A stretch of DNA of 60,304 bases, the filler included, from Sphacelaria rigidula (Eukaryota), in the NCBI GenBank assembly GCA_964200075.2. It is 9 parts of 9 records of this genome, joined end to end, with 100 filler letters (N's around TTAATTAATTAA, not from the genome) between each part and the next. Parts side by side here need not be neighbours in the genome. Positions count along the whole stretch, not along the records: positions 46,983 to 53,593 come from CAXNAA020019072.1; positions 53,694 to 60,304 come from CAXNAA020019073.1; 7 more parts are not named here. One strand, written 5' to 3'. Made by a program: the position numbers and the translations under genes. Positions 48,330 to 60,304 of the stretch are shown here, piece after piece. Positions within the stretch are counted from its first letter, which is position 1, and every line of letters starts with the position of its first letter. The notes under the pieces were generated by a model. It was not told the origin of the DNA and made no database searches. It saw only the letters and a list, made by a program, of their open reading frames with translations.

Positions 48330-49105
48330 CGTTTCTATACTAAAACCAAGTAGTTAAAAGTTGCACGTTTTAAGCCCACGTCCTCGACAAACGCGCAAAA
48401 CTTCACGCCGTTATTAGGAGTTAGACCCTGAAACTTTGCACAAATATGCTACGTGTCATTACACAACGTTCTATGGACGATGATTTTTTTCTTCTTGAGT
48501 TTTTCACCATTTTTCGGGGGGCCGACGGGATCCAAGTCGTTTTTCGCAGTAGTCTCCATTCTGGGACCCTGGAAAACCGGCACTACGACATATGTATATA
48601 TATATATATAATTTTTTTTTTCGCGAATGAACTGTCGCCGAATAACGCGAGGAAGGGCCACACAAAATTTCGTCGCAAAAATCGATCACATGATGCTTGA
48701 ATTTTCACGCTAACGTCAAAGAAGGTACAAAAAACGCGGTTTTGGTACTAAAATCAAGTAGTTTGCGGTTTCACCGCGGCACGACAAAGTTCATCGCACA
48801 AAAGCGAAAAAACTCCCCGCCGTTTTAAGGAGTTGGACACTGAAAATGTTGCACAACTGTACTATGGGTCATAACGTAACTTGCACGAACAAGTTTTTTG
48901 TTTTGTTTTACCGTTTTACAGGAATTTGATTGGATCGATGTTTCACCCGAAAAACGGTGAAAAAACCCTCAAAGTAAAAAAACATCGACCTTCGAAAGTT
49001 GAGTAATGCCCCGTAGAACATCTGCGCAAAATTTCAGTGTCTAACTCCTTAAAACGGCTTGAGGTTTTGCCGATGAGAGTTTTTTTGGGTGATAAGCGTG
49101 AACCA
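48330..49105. repeat. Three related segments (two direct, one inverted) of a MITE-like family
   Basis: gccgtt(t/a)t(a/t)aggagtt(g/a)gac..tgaaa near 48410 and 48825; inverted ttcagtgtctaactccttaaaacggc near 49035. Confidence 0.6.
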
Positions 49106-49119
49106 GTCTGTATGAATAA

Positions 49120-49462
49120 TTCAAGGGCAGGTTGAGCAAGATGTGTACTTGTGAATACTCGGGTGAAATACCCGGGTGTTTACCCTACCCTACCTTTGGG
49201 TAGATTCGGTACGCGGCCTGAAATACTTCACTCAATTTTTGGGTACATTGAGTACGACCTCGAATCTTCTACCCAACGTTTGGGTAAGCACCCTCAGCAA
49301 TACCTGGGTATAGAATATCACCTGGGCATGACCTCAATACTCTAGTCAAATTTTGGGTAGATTGAGTATGACCTCATATACTCTACTCAAAATTGGGTAC
49401 TGAAAGTATGGCTTTGAAAAACTACCCAGTGTTGAGTATACTCTACTCGACCTGCCCTTGAA
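49120..49462. mobile_element. MITE with ~17-bp TIRs and internal subrepeats
   Basis: ttcaagggcaggttgag / ctcgacctgcccttgaa; internal tttgggtagattgagtatgacctc-like repeats. Confidence 0.7.
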
Positions 49463-49898
49463 ACGGTTCCTCTGAAAATTACTTGCTGATATTATACTCT
49501 ATTGGGCAGTACACTCGTTGATATATCTGCCGCCCTTTTCCGAACAGCTGTGGTTGTCGTCGATGAGGGTGCCTGGGGTTGTTTTTGAGTTGAACCCTAA
49601 CTTGGTGGCCATGCTAATCTCCTTGTGTCACCTGTTTTTTCTTGTCTTGTCTTGTCTTTTATTATCTTCCCTCTTCCTTTCTTTCGGTGTACTTTGTTTT
49701 TGGCAGATCTGACGTTGTCGGGTTTCTTTCCCCCTCCCGTTTGAACTCGGGGGAGTTACATCCAACATGTTTTCGTGGCGTCTCTCTTCTTCTTATTTTT
49801 TTGGGGTAATATGTCTTGTGAGGAATAGCAGGGACGGTATTGGAAAGACGAGCCTACGTCTGTGACCACGGGTTCGCGAGATCGGACTAATGCGCGAA

Positions 49899-49966
<68 letters not shown>
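49899..49966. repeat. (AAT)n microsatellite
   Basis: Seen directly. Confidence 0.95.
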
Positions 49967-49970
<4 letters not shown>

Positions 49971-50207
49971 AACAATAACAGAACTAATTCTTGTATTTTA
50001 CTCGTGCCGTATGATAGCCCAAAATTTGCGTACTACTGTAGAGACTTTTTCCGACCCGCGCGCAGTCACTTTTTCCCCCCTTTTCTTTCTTTTTTATTTT
50101 CCGAGCGATCGCGTCGGGCCTCAGAAATCGCACATTTCGGTGATTCGAAAGCTCAGGAGAGGGAGCACAACCCGCACTCATTTCAATTCCAGCCGATGGT
50201 ACTAGTC

Positions 50208-50535
50208 GTCATGCCCTCGTGGTCGAACTGGTGCTGTAACAGCCAGCTCGGGGGGGGGGGAGGATCGCGGGTTCGGATCCCGAAAGATGTGCTTTTTCCG
50301 AGCAGAGCGATTTGGTTTCTGTTGTTGAAAACATGCCAAGACGTGATAAAGCGATGGAGCAAGAAAGACAGTTGTCCAGAGTTCATGGGGGTGAGGGTGG
50401 GAGCAGTCATGATCCAATCCGCTTCCTCGATAAGGAAATGTCAGGTGGGTACAATAGGCTGTCGAGGGAGGATGGGTTGATATCAACACTTGAGAGTACG
50501 CACTCGTCCGAGGAAGGTGAAGGGTTGAAATCATG
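50208..50535 (+). mobile_element. tRNA-headed SINE-like element
   Basis: tggtcgaactgg A-box, ggttcggatcc B-box and a degenerate shared core at about 50468-50530. Confidence 0.45.
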
Positions 50536-51222
50536 GGCCTCATGCCGCGATAGCCCCTCTCAGAGAAGTGGCTGCTTTGAGGAAGCAAAATCTGCATGTA
50601 ATCAAAATGACAAAACCCGAGCACACCGAGAAGCTGGGAAGTCCCATGCTTAGAATTATTTTTGCCAATGCCGCTTATATGAGGCGCTTCATGCAGTCTG
50701 GAATCAGCGATCATGTGCCTTGTGACCAGTTTCTTCGTGACAAGTTTGAGGCTGGTTTGGGGGGGGGTATCGCGGCATAACCCGCAGGGAGTATACGTAC
50801 ATATACAGATATGTGCATGCGTGAATACAGTCACCAACCGCAGAATTGAATAAACTTGAATGCTTGGCCTAGCTAATAGTACTCTACTGAAGTCCGCCTT
50901 GCATGCTGGATGAGGAAGGTATCCCCTTGGTGCGGTCAAAGATATGTGTCACACCATAACAGTACTATTTCAAACACCATGAACGCGTATACGACCTTGC
51001 ACCAATGAAACTACTGTGTCCAGTGCGTGCTGCATATACTCGGACATGTGTTGCACTCTATAGAGATATACTCGACTGCACCCTGTTACCCGGAGGGGTC
51101 CAGCCCCGGCCGTACCTTTTGTACATACATACCCTGCACCTTTCATGGTAGTCTGAGTGACTGGGGTATACAAACACTTCATGGAAAACACGCCTTGGAG
51201 CAAGCTCTTGGCAAGTAATTTA

Positions 51223-51574
51223 CACGTTGGAAAAATCATGATCCGTCTGAAAATTGCTTTGTCTTAATATACAGATTCGGATCATGATCCGGATCATTCG
51301 CCTCCCCCCTTTCCATGATTGCTTCCTGCACCGGGGGAGAGATGGGTTGATCCCCTGAGACCACGGACTCATACCAAGGAAGGGGAGGGGTTCAAAATGT
51401 GAGGAAAAAGAAAAAAAACGCGCCGGACGCCGAGCACGCCGAGTAGCGCAAAGGTTGCGCTTTGGCTTCTCTGACTCCGCGGTCACATATTTTGCGGTTT
51501 TGGACCAACGTATTCGAGAGTCCTCTTTGATTACATTGGTGAGTTCAGATGGAGCATTATCTGTCCGATGTATG
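51223..51574. mobile_element. Copy of the 4718-4974 MITE carrying an extra SINE-core segment
   Basis: Shares ggacgccgagcacgccgagtagcgcaaa and gatcatgatccggatc with 4718-4974. Confidence 0.6.
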
Positions 51575-51641
51575 AAGTAATCCCGTGATACCTACAATAC
51601 CTTTTCCGGGGCATGTACTATTTTTACTTGTGTTGTCTCAC

Positions 51642-53179
51642 CTGATGGAGTCCATTCCGGCGCCTTTCATCATGGCAGCATCCACGTGAGCGCGCGTGTG
51701 AGGGGCTAGTGACCTTTGCAGATCCTTTACTTCGTCGAAGCGGTATGCCTGCGCATCGTTCAAATGATGTGGCGGTTTATTGAGCCTGCATTCGGTGTGA
51801 TTGATTAATTGATTATCGCACTTCAACTGAATACATGAAAATACACGAAACATGTATGCGAAAAGAAAAAATGGATTGACGTTGTTTGATTGTTTGATTG
51901 ATTGTTGCACATCAACTGATCCCCGAAGGACCCTACTCCGTCCTTGTCATTGTCCATAAGATAGACATACGCAAAGTTCAGCGAACAAAAAAGGGCACGC
52001 TCGCTGAAGAGCGAAGACAACCAAAACACCAACTCGTTTTTTTCTCGACGATCACTGGTTTTATTCGTCTTGTCTTTTTTCGTTCTTTTGAAATCGCATT
52101 ATTTGCCGTTTTAAAATAAAAAACTCGCATTTCAAAGAGGTGAGTTGCCGATTGCCCGCCGTGCGACCGAACGACCGCAAAAAAATTAAGCGGTCCGAAA
52201 ATGGCCGTATTTCGTCTCTTTTTCAGGGGAAAACATACGTCGGGAGAGAAAAAGTAGTCCTCGCCGTCACTCGGACTTGGTCTTAAAAACAAAAAATAAC
52301 TCAAAACAATTATAAAAAAGACCAAAATTGAGCATATTTTGACTCATTTTTTGTATGTCTATTTGACACTCGCACCGTCAATGATGATGGCAATGACAAA
52401 AATAATGATAACAACAATAATGTTCGTAATTTTAAAAGTAAGAATGATAGTCATGTTACAACAACAACAGCAGTAACAACAACTACTACTGCTACTACCT
52501 CTGATTGATCACGGTCTCCAAAGACCCTGAATACGCACAGTAGGATTTTACGTACTCGCCGTTAGCAGCACGGAGCCATGGTGATTCGGCAGGTGGATGT
52601 GGTGATAGTGTTATAAGGGTTGAGCTCATCGTATCTGATTGCACAGTGCAGGAGCCGTGGGTGACTGACGTGGTAGCCCGAAAAGACATCACCCAGGTGT
52701 ATTATTTAGGGGGTGGTATAAAGCGAATCCCCTCGCCCACCGTCATCACTCTACCTCTCTTCTCTTCTCACCAGAGGCCTCGTTCAGCTCCACACACAGG
52801 CACACGCACACAAACATACCACAAATAACACAGCCCAGTGTGGTTCCCGTCCATGACCCACCGCGGTACCGTTGCTACCGGCCGGGTGTAGTGTCCCCAA
52901 TTGTCAGACTGTGGAAAATGTGGTACTGTAGTGTCGGGTATGTAACGAACAGGGTTCCCAATTTACTGTAACAAGGTCAACAGACGGAAGGAAATGTTCG
53001 ATTCACGCAGCATGGCAGCCGTTGCTTACCCCTAGCAGCACGGAGGCGTTGTTCGGCTGGGGGGGCGGTAGCGGTGTCCCGGGTATTGAGTTGAGAGGAC
53101 AGTCTCTCGCTTCGCCCATAACGTGGAGAAATAGCAGCTGTACTTCTCGCATGAGGCAGGCTCGCTGTAGAGCCCGACC
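51642..53179 (-). CDS. Unknown protein, three putative exons (53179-53030, 52634-52499, 51785-51642)
   Basis: GT-AG boundaries with consistent phases (1-1, 1-2, 2-2) and no stops; no recognisable domain. Confidence 0.45.
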
Positions 53180-53282
53180 CTGTATAGAAGCATAGCAAAA
53201 CAACGCGAGTGACCAGAAGCACAGCGAGTCGTTTTTATCCATTACCAGGTATGTTTCGGCGAAAGAGAAATGAAAAACGGGA

Positions 53283-53593
53283 GGGGGGGGGGCGTACTCA
53301 TTTGTTGCTTGCCTTAGTCGTTCGACCATTGACCACGCACCCTGTTCGAGACCGAGCACCGTTCCTACTCCTAATAGGGACACCTCCAACATTGTGGTGC
53401 TCATTACGTTTCTTCCATACATTACAAAAAATCTTTAAATATCTTATTCCCGTCCCGTTCGTCTGTGGCCACTATCTATCTCCTAGGATAGCCATCGTTT
53501 CTTCGCTACCCTCTAGTGCATCAAACGATTTCATGCCACCTTCGTTCACGTCCCGCATTTCCTCCTCTAGCACGTCTCGTTCCTCCTTGTATA
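53283..53593 (-). mobile_element. LINE family B 3' end
   Basis: Closely similar to 54255-54565 and terminates at a G-run. Confidence 0.8.
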
Positions 53594-53693
53594 NNNNNNN
53601 NNNNNNNNNNNNNNNNNNNNNNNNNNNNNNNNNNNNNTTAATTAATTAANNNNNNNNNNNNNNNNNNNNNNNNNNNNNNNNNNNNNNNNNNNN
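53594..53693. other. Artificial contig spacer
   Basis: N44-TTAATTAATTAA-N44. Confidence 0.98.
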
Positions 53694-53753
53694 GGCTGAG
53701 GTTTCCGCGGCGGGTGGGGGGGGGGGGGGGGGGGGGGGGGCGGGGGGGGGGGG

Positions 53754-54250
53754 TGTATGCATGGTCTTACATGCCGTAGTCACAAAACCATTGACCTCGC
53801 ATTTCTGCAAAGCCGGGGGGAAGTCCGTCGGGTTTTCGCCGAGCCAGGCTCGCAATCACCGAGCGTGGGGCGCCGTGATGTGTTCGGCGAGTCGCATGAG
53901 GGGTGACCTGCATCCTTCTAAAAATTTTCGGCTCGAAGCATGTTAATTATTTTGCGTATGGATGACAGCCTCCACTGAGTTGCTTCATTTTCTGGCATCA
54001 CCACTTCCAGAGACAGCCACGACTTACGCTGCCTCATGGGCGTCTCACTATTCAAACGCTGGGTAGTAAGACCACCCCCCTTGCTCGGAGTTGAGGTCCT
54101 CCACCCCGAACAATATGACCTAACTCGACCACCATCACGGTTACCACAAAACAACGCGAGCGAGAAGGAGAAAGTAGAACCTGATTACCTAGCGTTTCCA
54201 ATGAAGGGTGTGTTTTACAGCGTCATCGCCAACAGACGCAAAACCCGACG
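53754..54250 (-). mobile_element. Family A, longest copy, including its 3' terminus
   Basis: Links the ...gactacggcatg... terminus to the 390-790-type body and abuts a long G tract. Confidence 0.7.
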
Positions 54251-54254
54251 GGCG

Positions 54255-57200
54255 CGGGGGACGTACTCATTTGTTGCTTGCCTTTGCCACGTGACCATCG
54301 ACTGCGCATCCCTTTCGAGACGGAGCACCGTTCCTGCTTCTCATAGAGACACCCCCAACATTTGGGTGTTCATTACGTTCCTTCCATACATTACACAAGA
54401 AAATCAACAAATTCTATCCTCTCCCTGTTTCGCCGTCTGTGGGCACCATCTATCTCATACTGTAGCGATCGTTTTTCTCGCTGATGTCTAATGTGCCAAA
54501 CGATTCCATACCACCTTCCTTCGCTTCCCGCATTTTCCCTATGACACGTTCCGTTCCTCCCTATAGTGTTCACATTCTTCCACTATATGAGTTCTACCCT
54601 CCACTACTTTGCCACAGAGGCAATTATGTGCATCTACTTCCTCCTCCACCCGAGTACGGGTACACCTCTTTCTTCTTTTTTGCAGATCCAGGCCCCCCAC
54701 CCGATATCGCGCTTTCAATCTTTCCGTGCAGTTGATTGGGCCGTGCAAATGTGTTCCCATCCCTATCCTCTCTCCCGGCCCCCCATTTATCTCCAGGTGC
54801 TCTCCCTCGTCTACTTTCCGTCCTAGCGCTTGTTTTCCGTTGTTTCTATCATGTATATTGCGTTTGTCTTGTACCTTCCACGTTCACCTATGCACATGAT
54901 CTCGTCTTGGTTTCCGCCTATACCCTTCCACACTTTTTCGCTTACGCCATCCCACCTTATTCCGGTCTGCCCTTTAGTTACTTTCTTCCATATAACTCTG
55001 TCAAGTATGGCTGCCGGTCCCCTTCTTAGCGTGTTCCTTATGCTATAATGCCATTTCCAGTTTATCACGCCTCTGTTTGCTTGGAGCGGGTACATTCCCA
55101 TTTATGTTCAAATGCTGTACTACTCGTATTTTTTTAGCACCCCAAGTATTTTCTTAGGTGCTGCCATCTGAACTGCTTCAAGCTGATTCACCAACTTCGC
55201 GCTCCCTTCCCATACTCCTCCTGCATCTTCTAGCTTCGGTACAACCACACTCATCAAAACACAACTCTTAATTCTAGTTTCGAGGAGCGAGTCTCTTGGG
55301 ATCAAGTCCATTTTGCCTATCTATGCCTTACCCTCTCTGATTGTTTTTTCTATATGTGCATCCCAAGAATAACCTTTTGATATCTCTACGCCAAGGTATG
55401 CGTACTGGTCTACAAGCGGTAGTTCCTCTTCTCCCCATTTTCACTTGAACTCTACCGGGGTTTTCCTCATCTTCGCTACATACAGCTACCGCGCACGTGT
55501 ATACGCACGCTGTCGCTTTCAAATTTTCTCGCGTGTACTAGCGACTTCTCCATTTGCTTCTGCAATCCTTCCGGTGTTTCTGATATTCCGACGAAATCAT
55601 CCGCGAATGTCCATCTCGATACCGTATCTTCCTCCACTCTGGCCCTTTCTCTGCTGCTTCTACTACTCTCATCAGGTCATTTTTAAATACCTTGAAAAAC
55701 ATGGGCGATGACGTATATCTTTGTGCAATTCCTTATGAAATGTCAACATATTTCGATATTTCCCCATCTATTATAGCATCATAGCACTTATCGTATATAT
55801 TGTCATACTTTTCACCATTCTCCACATATTTCCTCTGATCCCAGTTTCCCATATTATTTCCCACGGCTCGTTTCTCTATACTGTGTTATAGGCCTTCTGT
55901 AAGTCTAGAAATAGTACGTTGTTAGCCCGGCGACTTTCCTACCTTGAACAATTTTACCTAATGCGTACACATACCCTGCTTGCCCGCCACTGAGGTTTTC
56001 TTCTTTCTCCAGCGTCGTTCCCACTCCATCATTCAGGATCTTACAGACTGTTCCCTTACGGTACTCAGTAGCGTTATCCCTCTATAATTCCCTGGCTCAG
56101 CCTTGTCTTTTTTTGACAAGATCTACTACCACTTTTTCTCTCCACCTCTTTGGGCGTGTACTAGTTCGCCCAGATCCAATTATATACCATAATCATCGAT
56201 GCCGGTCACCCCGATGGCTCAGTCGGTAACCTCGAAACCTTGTGACGGTTGGGTCATAGGTTCAAATCTCAGAGCGATCTGGGATTTTTTCTCACACACT
56301 GCCCAACAGTGGAAAGCGACGATGTCGTGGGTACACAAAATTCGCCGTCATGGTCGACGAAAAATAGGGACTGCTGAACCCCTCTCGCAATAAACAATTA
56401 AAGGCAAGCACCGCAGAAGGAAGGTGGAGAACAAAAACAAACAAAAAAGAAAAAAACTCCTGTATTGGTCTTCCTCCTGTGTGACCCCGGCTGGTCCACC
56501 CACATCTGCCGAAAGGTGTAGACTGGCTTCCAGAATGAATGGGATGACAACACAACAATCATCATGGTAATCACTCCCTTTCCCCCGTACTTCGTAAACT
56601 CGTTCGCTATTTCGTGTGCCCCTGCTGCCGACCTATTCTTGACTTTAGCTACACACTCCTTTGCTTCCTCTCTTGTGAACTGTCTCTGCAATTCGTTTGA
56701 GCTCCTATCGTCCCGTTTTGATACACTTGCCTCCACTGACTTGTTGATTTCTCCATCGAATTTCGCGTCGATTATCTCGTGAGCTGTTGAAGTCTCTAGT
56801 CCTTCGTAGTGCTCTGCTAATACTTCTCTTCCCCTTCGAACTACTGATCATTTTGCCGTTGTGCGGTCTCGGTGTGGCTATTCCCTTCTCTGCCTCTCCT
56901 GCCTGCTTGCCCGGTATCCCTTTAATCCCTACCCACATTTTCTCCATCCCGCCATCAAAGTCTTCATTTGTTCTGTGAACTACATCTTCCCACATTCCGT
57001 TCTTTTTCTTCTCTACAAACCGCTCTACCTCATTTCTGTTTTTAGCATGTTCCTCCCACCCTACCGTAGTTTTACTCGATGTATATTTCGCTTGGGCCTC
57101 TCTCCTCACTCTTATATGCCCTTTGCGCTTCTCCATCCCACTGTTTGCTGCTCTGTTGAATACGATCCCCTATGAACTTACTTGCTGAGGTCTTGACCAA

Positions 57201-57360
57201 TTGCTCCCATCCTTCCATAATCTTCGCTCCTGCCCGATCCCTTTCTATGTCAGTATTAGCTGTCCCTACGCACTCAAAACAATACAGTTCTACTCTATCA
57301 CATTTCCTCTTGAATTTCATTCTCGTCATATCGCGAGGGACTCCAAATACTAGCACTACT
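54255..57360 (-). mobile_element. Decayed LINE (family B): RT domain and C-terminal Cys/His motif
   Basis: KNRSAAGAHEIANEFTKYGG, KAEPGNYRGITLLSTV, PKLEDAGGVWEG and CLCGKVVEGRTHIVEEC; many frameshifts and stops. Confidence 0.9.
56198..56556 (+). mobile_element. Complete tRNA-derived SINE inserted in the LINE, with 7-bp TSD AATCATC
   Basis: A-box tggctcagtcgg, B-box ggttcaaatc and an ACA-rich tail; TSD at 56191-56197 and 56557-56563. Excision restores GVITMMIMVYNWIW. Confidence 0.85.
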
Positions 57361-58609
57361 AGACGCTTACCGGTCCAATCCATATCTCTCCATCTACCCT
57401 TCCCTACAGTCTCTTTCTCTCGCTCTCTTTCGAACGTTTCGCGAGCTTGTTTGCTTTCAGTTTTGGAGTGAGACGCAATCAAAGTCTCAGGATACCCCAA
57501 TCCTAGTACTGGCTGGGGATCTGGTCTCTGTCGAGTTTTTTGCTGGCCCACCCAGACTAAGTAATGTCTCCAACACGGGGTTATAGCCTGAAGCCAAGTT
57601 TAACACCCTGGACACAAGTACCCCACGGTTGTGCCAGGCGATCTGCATGGTAACCATCCAGGCATCCCACGATCATATGTCCTATCTCCTTGCCCGCTCT
57701 GCTGTACTGGATACTCTCCTACAGCGAGGCCAGTTTCACCGTGCAAGGTTTAAGGGTAGTCTGAATAACACAAAGTATATTTCACATATCGGGATGTCCC
57801 GTGCATCACTTCCTCCCATTATATGTACATGTCAATGAATTACAGGTAGCTCCCCCACAAAAGCTCCCCAGTAGACCTTCGCTGCTGAAAGCTTGGCCAA
57901 CGATTCCCCCATATTTTTTACCGGCTTCTATCCTTCAAGATCTCAGATATCTACGTACTACTTGGTGCTCCTTCTTCTGACTATGGGTCACTCATTGACA
58001 AGGTGTTTACTTCATGAGCGCAGTAGATCTCGGCGTTTTTGTCATTCTTCACCCACCCATTCCCTTCGTTTGACGCCTGTTCCCCTAATCTCGAGGGTTT
58101 TAGAAAAATAATTTCTGACCACATTTCCACTGCCTACGAAAAATCGGTGTAGGATTCCGGGTATCTCACCACGAGACCCAACCTTCATGTGAGTTCAACA
58201 TTCTGGGACGACCTTACTCTGCCTTTGCTTGTTTTATCTTGTCAGTTTTTTCGACTTTGCATATAGGGTGGTGAACCTTCAAGCTATTACTTGAATGCCT
58301 CGTACTTGTTTCATGTCTCACCTTTGCGGCGACAATCCATGTCATGAAGTAGGGGCCCCACCACATGGCGGTGCTCTACATGAAGATTTCCCAGGCATGG
58401 CGGCTGGTCGTCTTACAACAGGACATCCTACAAAACTCGCCGTGCCGAACAACAATGTACACACCGGGCATGTTCTTCGGCCGGCCGATCACTAACTACT
58501 GTCGGTGCCGGCCGATATTTAATGTGTAGCTCCCAATTGTAGGAGCCCCTATTTGAGAAATATGTGGGCCCAAATATGCAACTCCTTCCATGGTATGACT
58601 CTCACGTAC

Positions 58610-58762
58610 CCTGGCTCGTTCGTACGCCTCAATCTTCATGAGTCTCAACTTCTGCTGCTCCCTCCAGGCTACCATTGAAGTGGGGTCGAACTTAGCGACG
58701 CCGACCGAATCCACGTCGTCTACAGCCGAGGAAAGTCCCATCTCTTCGATGTGACCGCCGAC
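58610..58762 (-). CDS. Exon 2 of a putative LRR-like protein
   Basis: ctaac branch site, aag|GTC...AGG|gtacgt, 51 codons, phase 0-0. Confidence 0.5.
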
Positions 58763-59264
58763 CTTTCATGCCGTGGGAGGGGAATGCACGGGTGGGGGAA
58801 GTTAGACAAACCGAGTGCAGCGATGCTCGTTGCTCAGTGACAGGTATTACTAGTTTTGGGCCGTCACAGCTTCCCATATCCTTGTGTACTGAATGATTCC
58901 TACTAAGAAAAGGCTTGGCGCATCAGCTACGGCGTAGGGTGGACCTGCGTTGCGTATACAGAATGCACGCACAGGGATTTCATGCGATGATATCGTGAAC
59001 TTGTAACCGATGGTTTATTTTTCCGTATATTCCTTAATTTGACTACTGTGGTAAGAGCTTCAACCTCTCATCGTCGTCGAGCTGACATTTCCACGGAAAC
59101 AAGCGATAGTGCTCACTCAGGGTCAAACGGAATCAAACATACCAGCTGAGCTGCACGCATTGGCGAGGATCATCGCCGTGACGTTGGATTTGTTTTCAGC
59201 ATGACCGAGGAGTGGTTGGGCACAAACCTCCATGCCGCAGTACACTGTTGTGACATTATCGCAC

Positions 59265-59599
59265 CTGGTTTATGCTGCTGGCTACAGCTAAGCGATGGAT
59301 CCGATCTCGTTCTATTGTCGCGATTTTTTTCACGGAGGTGTCGTTCACCAGAATTGACCAGTTTGAGAGGTCCAGCGTTCGAGTTCCTGGAATCAGGTGG
59401 CAGATCTCTGTAGGCACTTCGTCGTAGGGTAGGCTGGTGGTCTGCTCGTAGGCTTTGATGGCATCCTTCACGTGTTTTGAGACTCTGCACGGAGTAGATT
59501 TCGGCAGAGACACGGACAAGGGTTCATAATCCCGTTGACACGTAGGTGAAAGTGCAACGTATTGCAAATCACCCCGATCGATAATATCTTGACTTCCTC
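59265..59599 (-). CDS. Exon 1 of a putative LRR-like (AMN1/FBXL-type) protein
   Basis: RTLDLSNWSILVNDTSVKKIA resembles a cysteine-containing-subtype LRR (LDLSxC..ITDxxLxxIA); donor CAG|gtgcga; acceptor uncertain. Confidence 0.5.
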
Positions 59600-60304
59600 C
59601 TTAACCCTGCCGCAATCGTCGCCGAAAGTAGTTCGGTTGGAACTATCCTGGTTGTGCGTTCTCCGCTAACTGGGTCGTTTTCTGCAGCGCGGGGCCTTGT
59701 ATATATATAGACGAAATCGAGGTAAAAAATAAGCCTACCCAAAGTTGATTACCCCATGACCTGCAGTAGTAGATCATATCACTGAACACGGCACCAGTCA
59801 ACACATCATTACCCTCCCTTCTACCTTCGTAGGGGACCCGACCGCATCCCAAGCCGATTAGCCAGTCCCACCTCTCCCACAGCCTACCTAAGGGGGTTCG
59901 ATAGTCGAGAAGGGCTTCGCACGTCATCATCTCCCCATGAGAAGTGGTGGCATTTTTCAAACCATAGACCCAGGTGACCACCTTATCGCCGGGGATACTT
60001 GTATACCACCTTGCGCGAATAACACCCCCCGAGTGTTTTTCGGGTGCGACCACTCCTCACCCTGGAACGAAAACTCATCGTCTAGGGCTCAAACAAGCTC
60101 AATCTCGGTGGTTGAATTGTTTATAACCTACGGTTTTCCGAATGTAATAATGTATAAGGAATGAAGGGGTTCCGTGCAGTGGTGAAAATGGCCAAATTAT
60201 CGGAATCTCTCATGTGCATATCGGCCGTTCGGGGGGGGGGGGGGGGGGGGGGGGGCCGTGGGTGTTTCTCGTTCGCTCGGTGTGGAGGTCTGTTTGTCGG
60301 TCAC

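Noticed and set aside
49890..50480. Poly-Asn 196-aa ORF
   Set aside because: It is an (AAT)n microsatellite running into a SINE-like repeat.

Overview
This window is not one contiguous locus. It is nine separate, size-sorted contigs (five of 6612 bp, four of 6611 bp) joined by eight identical artificial 100-nt spacers (N44-TTAATTAATTAA-N44). The DNA is eukaryotic, intron-rich and repeat-rich. It is most plausibly a brown alga (kelp-like stramenopile); that assignment is inferred from the long GT-AG introns, flagellar genes, TTAGGG-type repeats and repeat style. Most ORFs in the supplied track are spurious. Phase-consistent spliced gene fragments recovered by hand: a tandem-domain Kv-like cation channel, the last exon of CFAP299 with two apparent lesions, a PUT/LAT-type polyamine/amino-acid transporter, an SH3b-like plus PGP-repeat protein, a PH-like-domain protein, an LRR-like protein and three unknown genes. 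The rest is decayed LINEs, Gypsy/Copia relics, tRNA-headed SINEs, MITEs and mini/microsatellites. The most novel-looking signal is two related non-LTR retroelement families whose 3' ends (...ATGAGTAC[A/G]) always abut oligo-C, with truncated copies flanked by C-runs on both sides. This suggests targeting of (C)n/(G)n homopolymers. No CRISPR array or prokaryotic system is supported.
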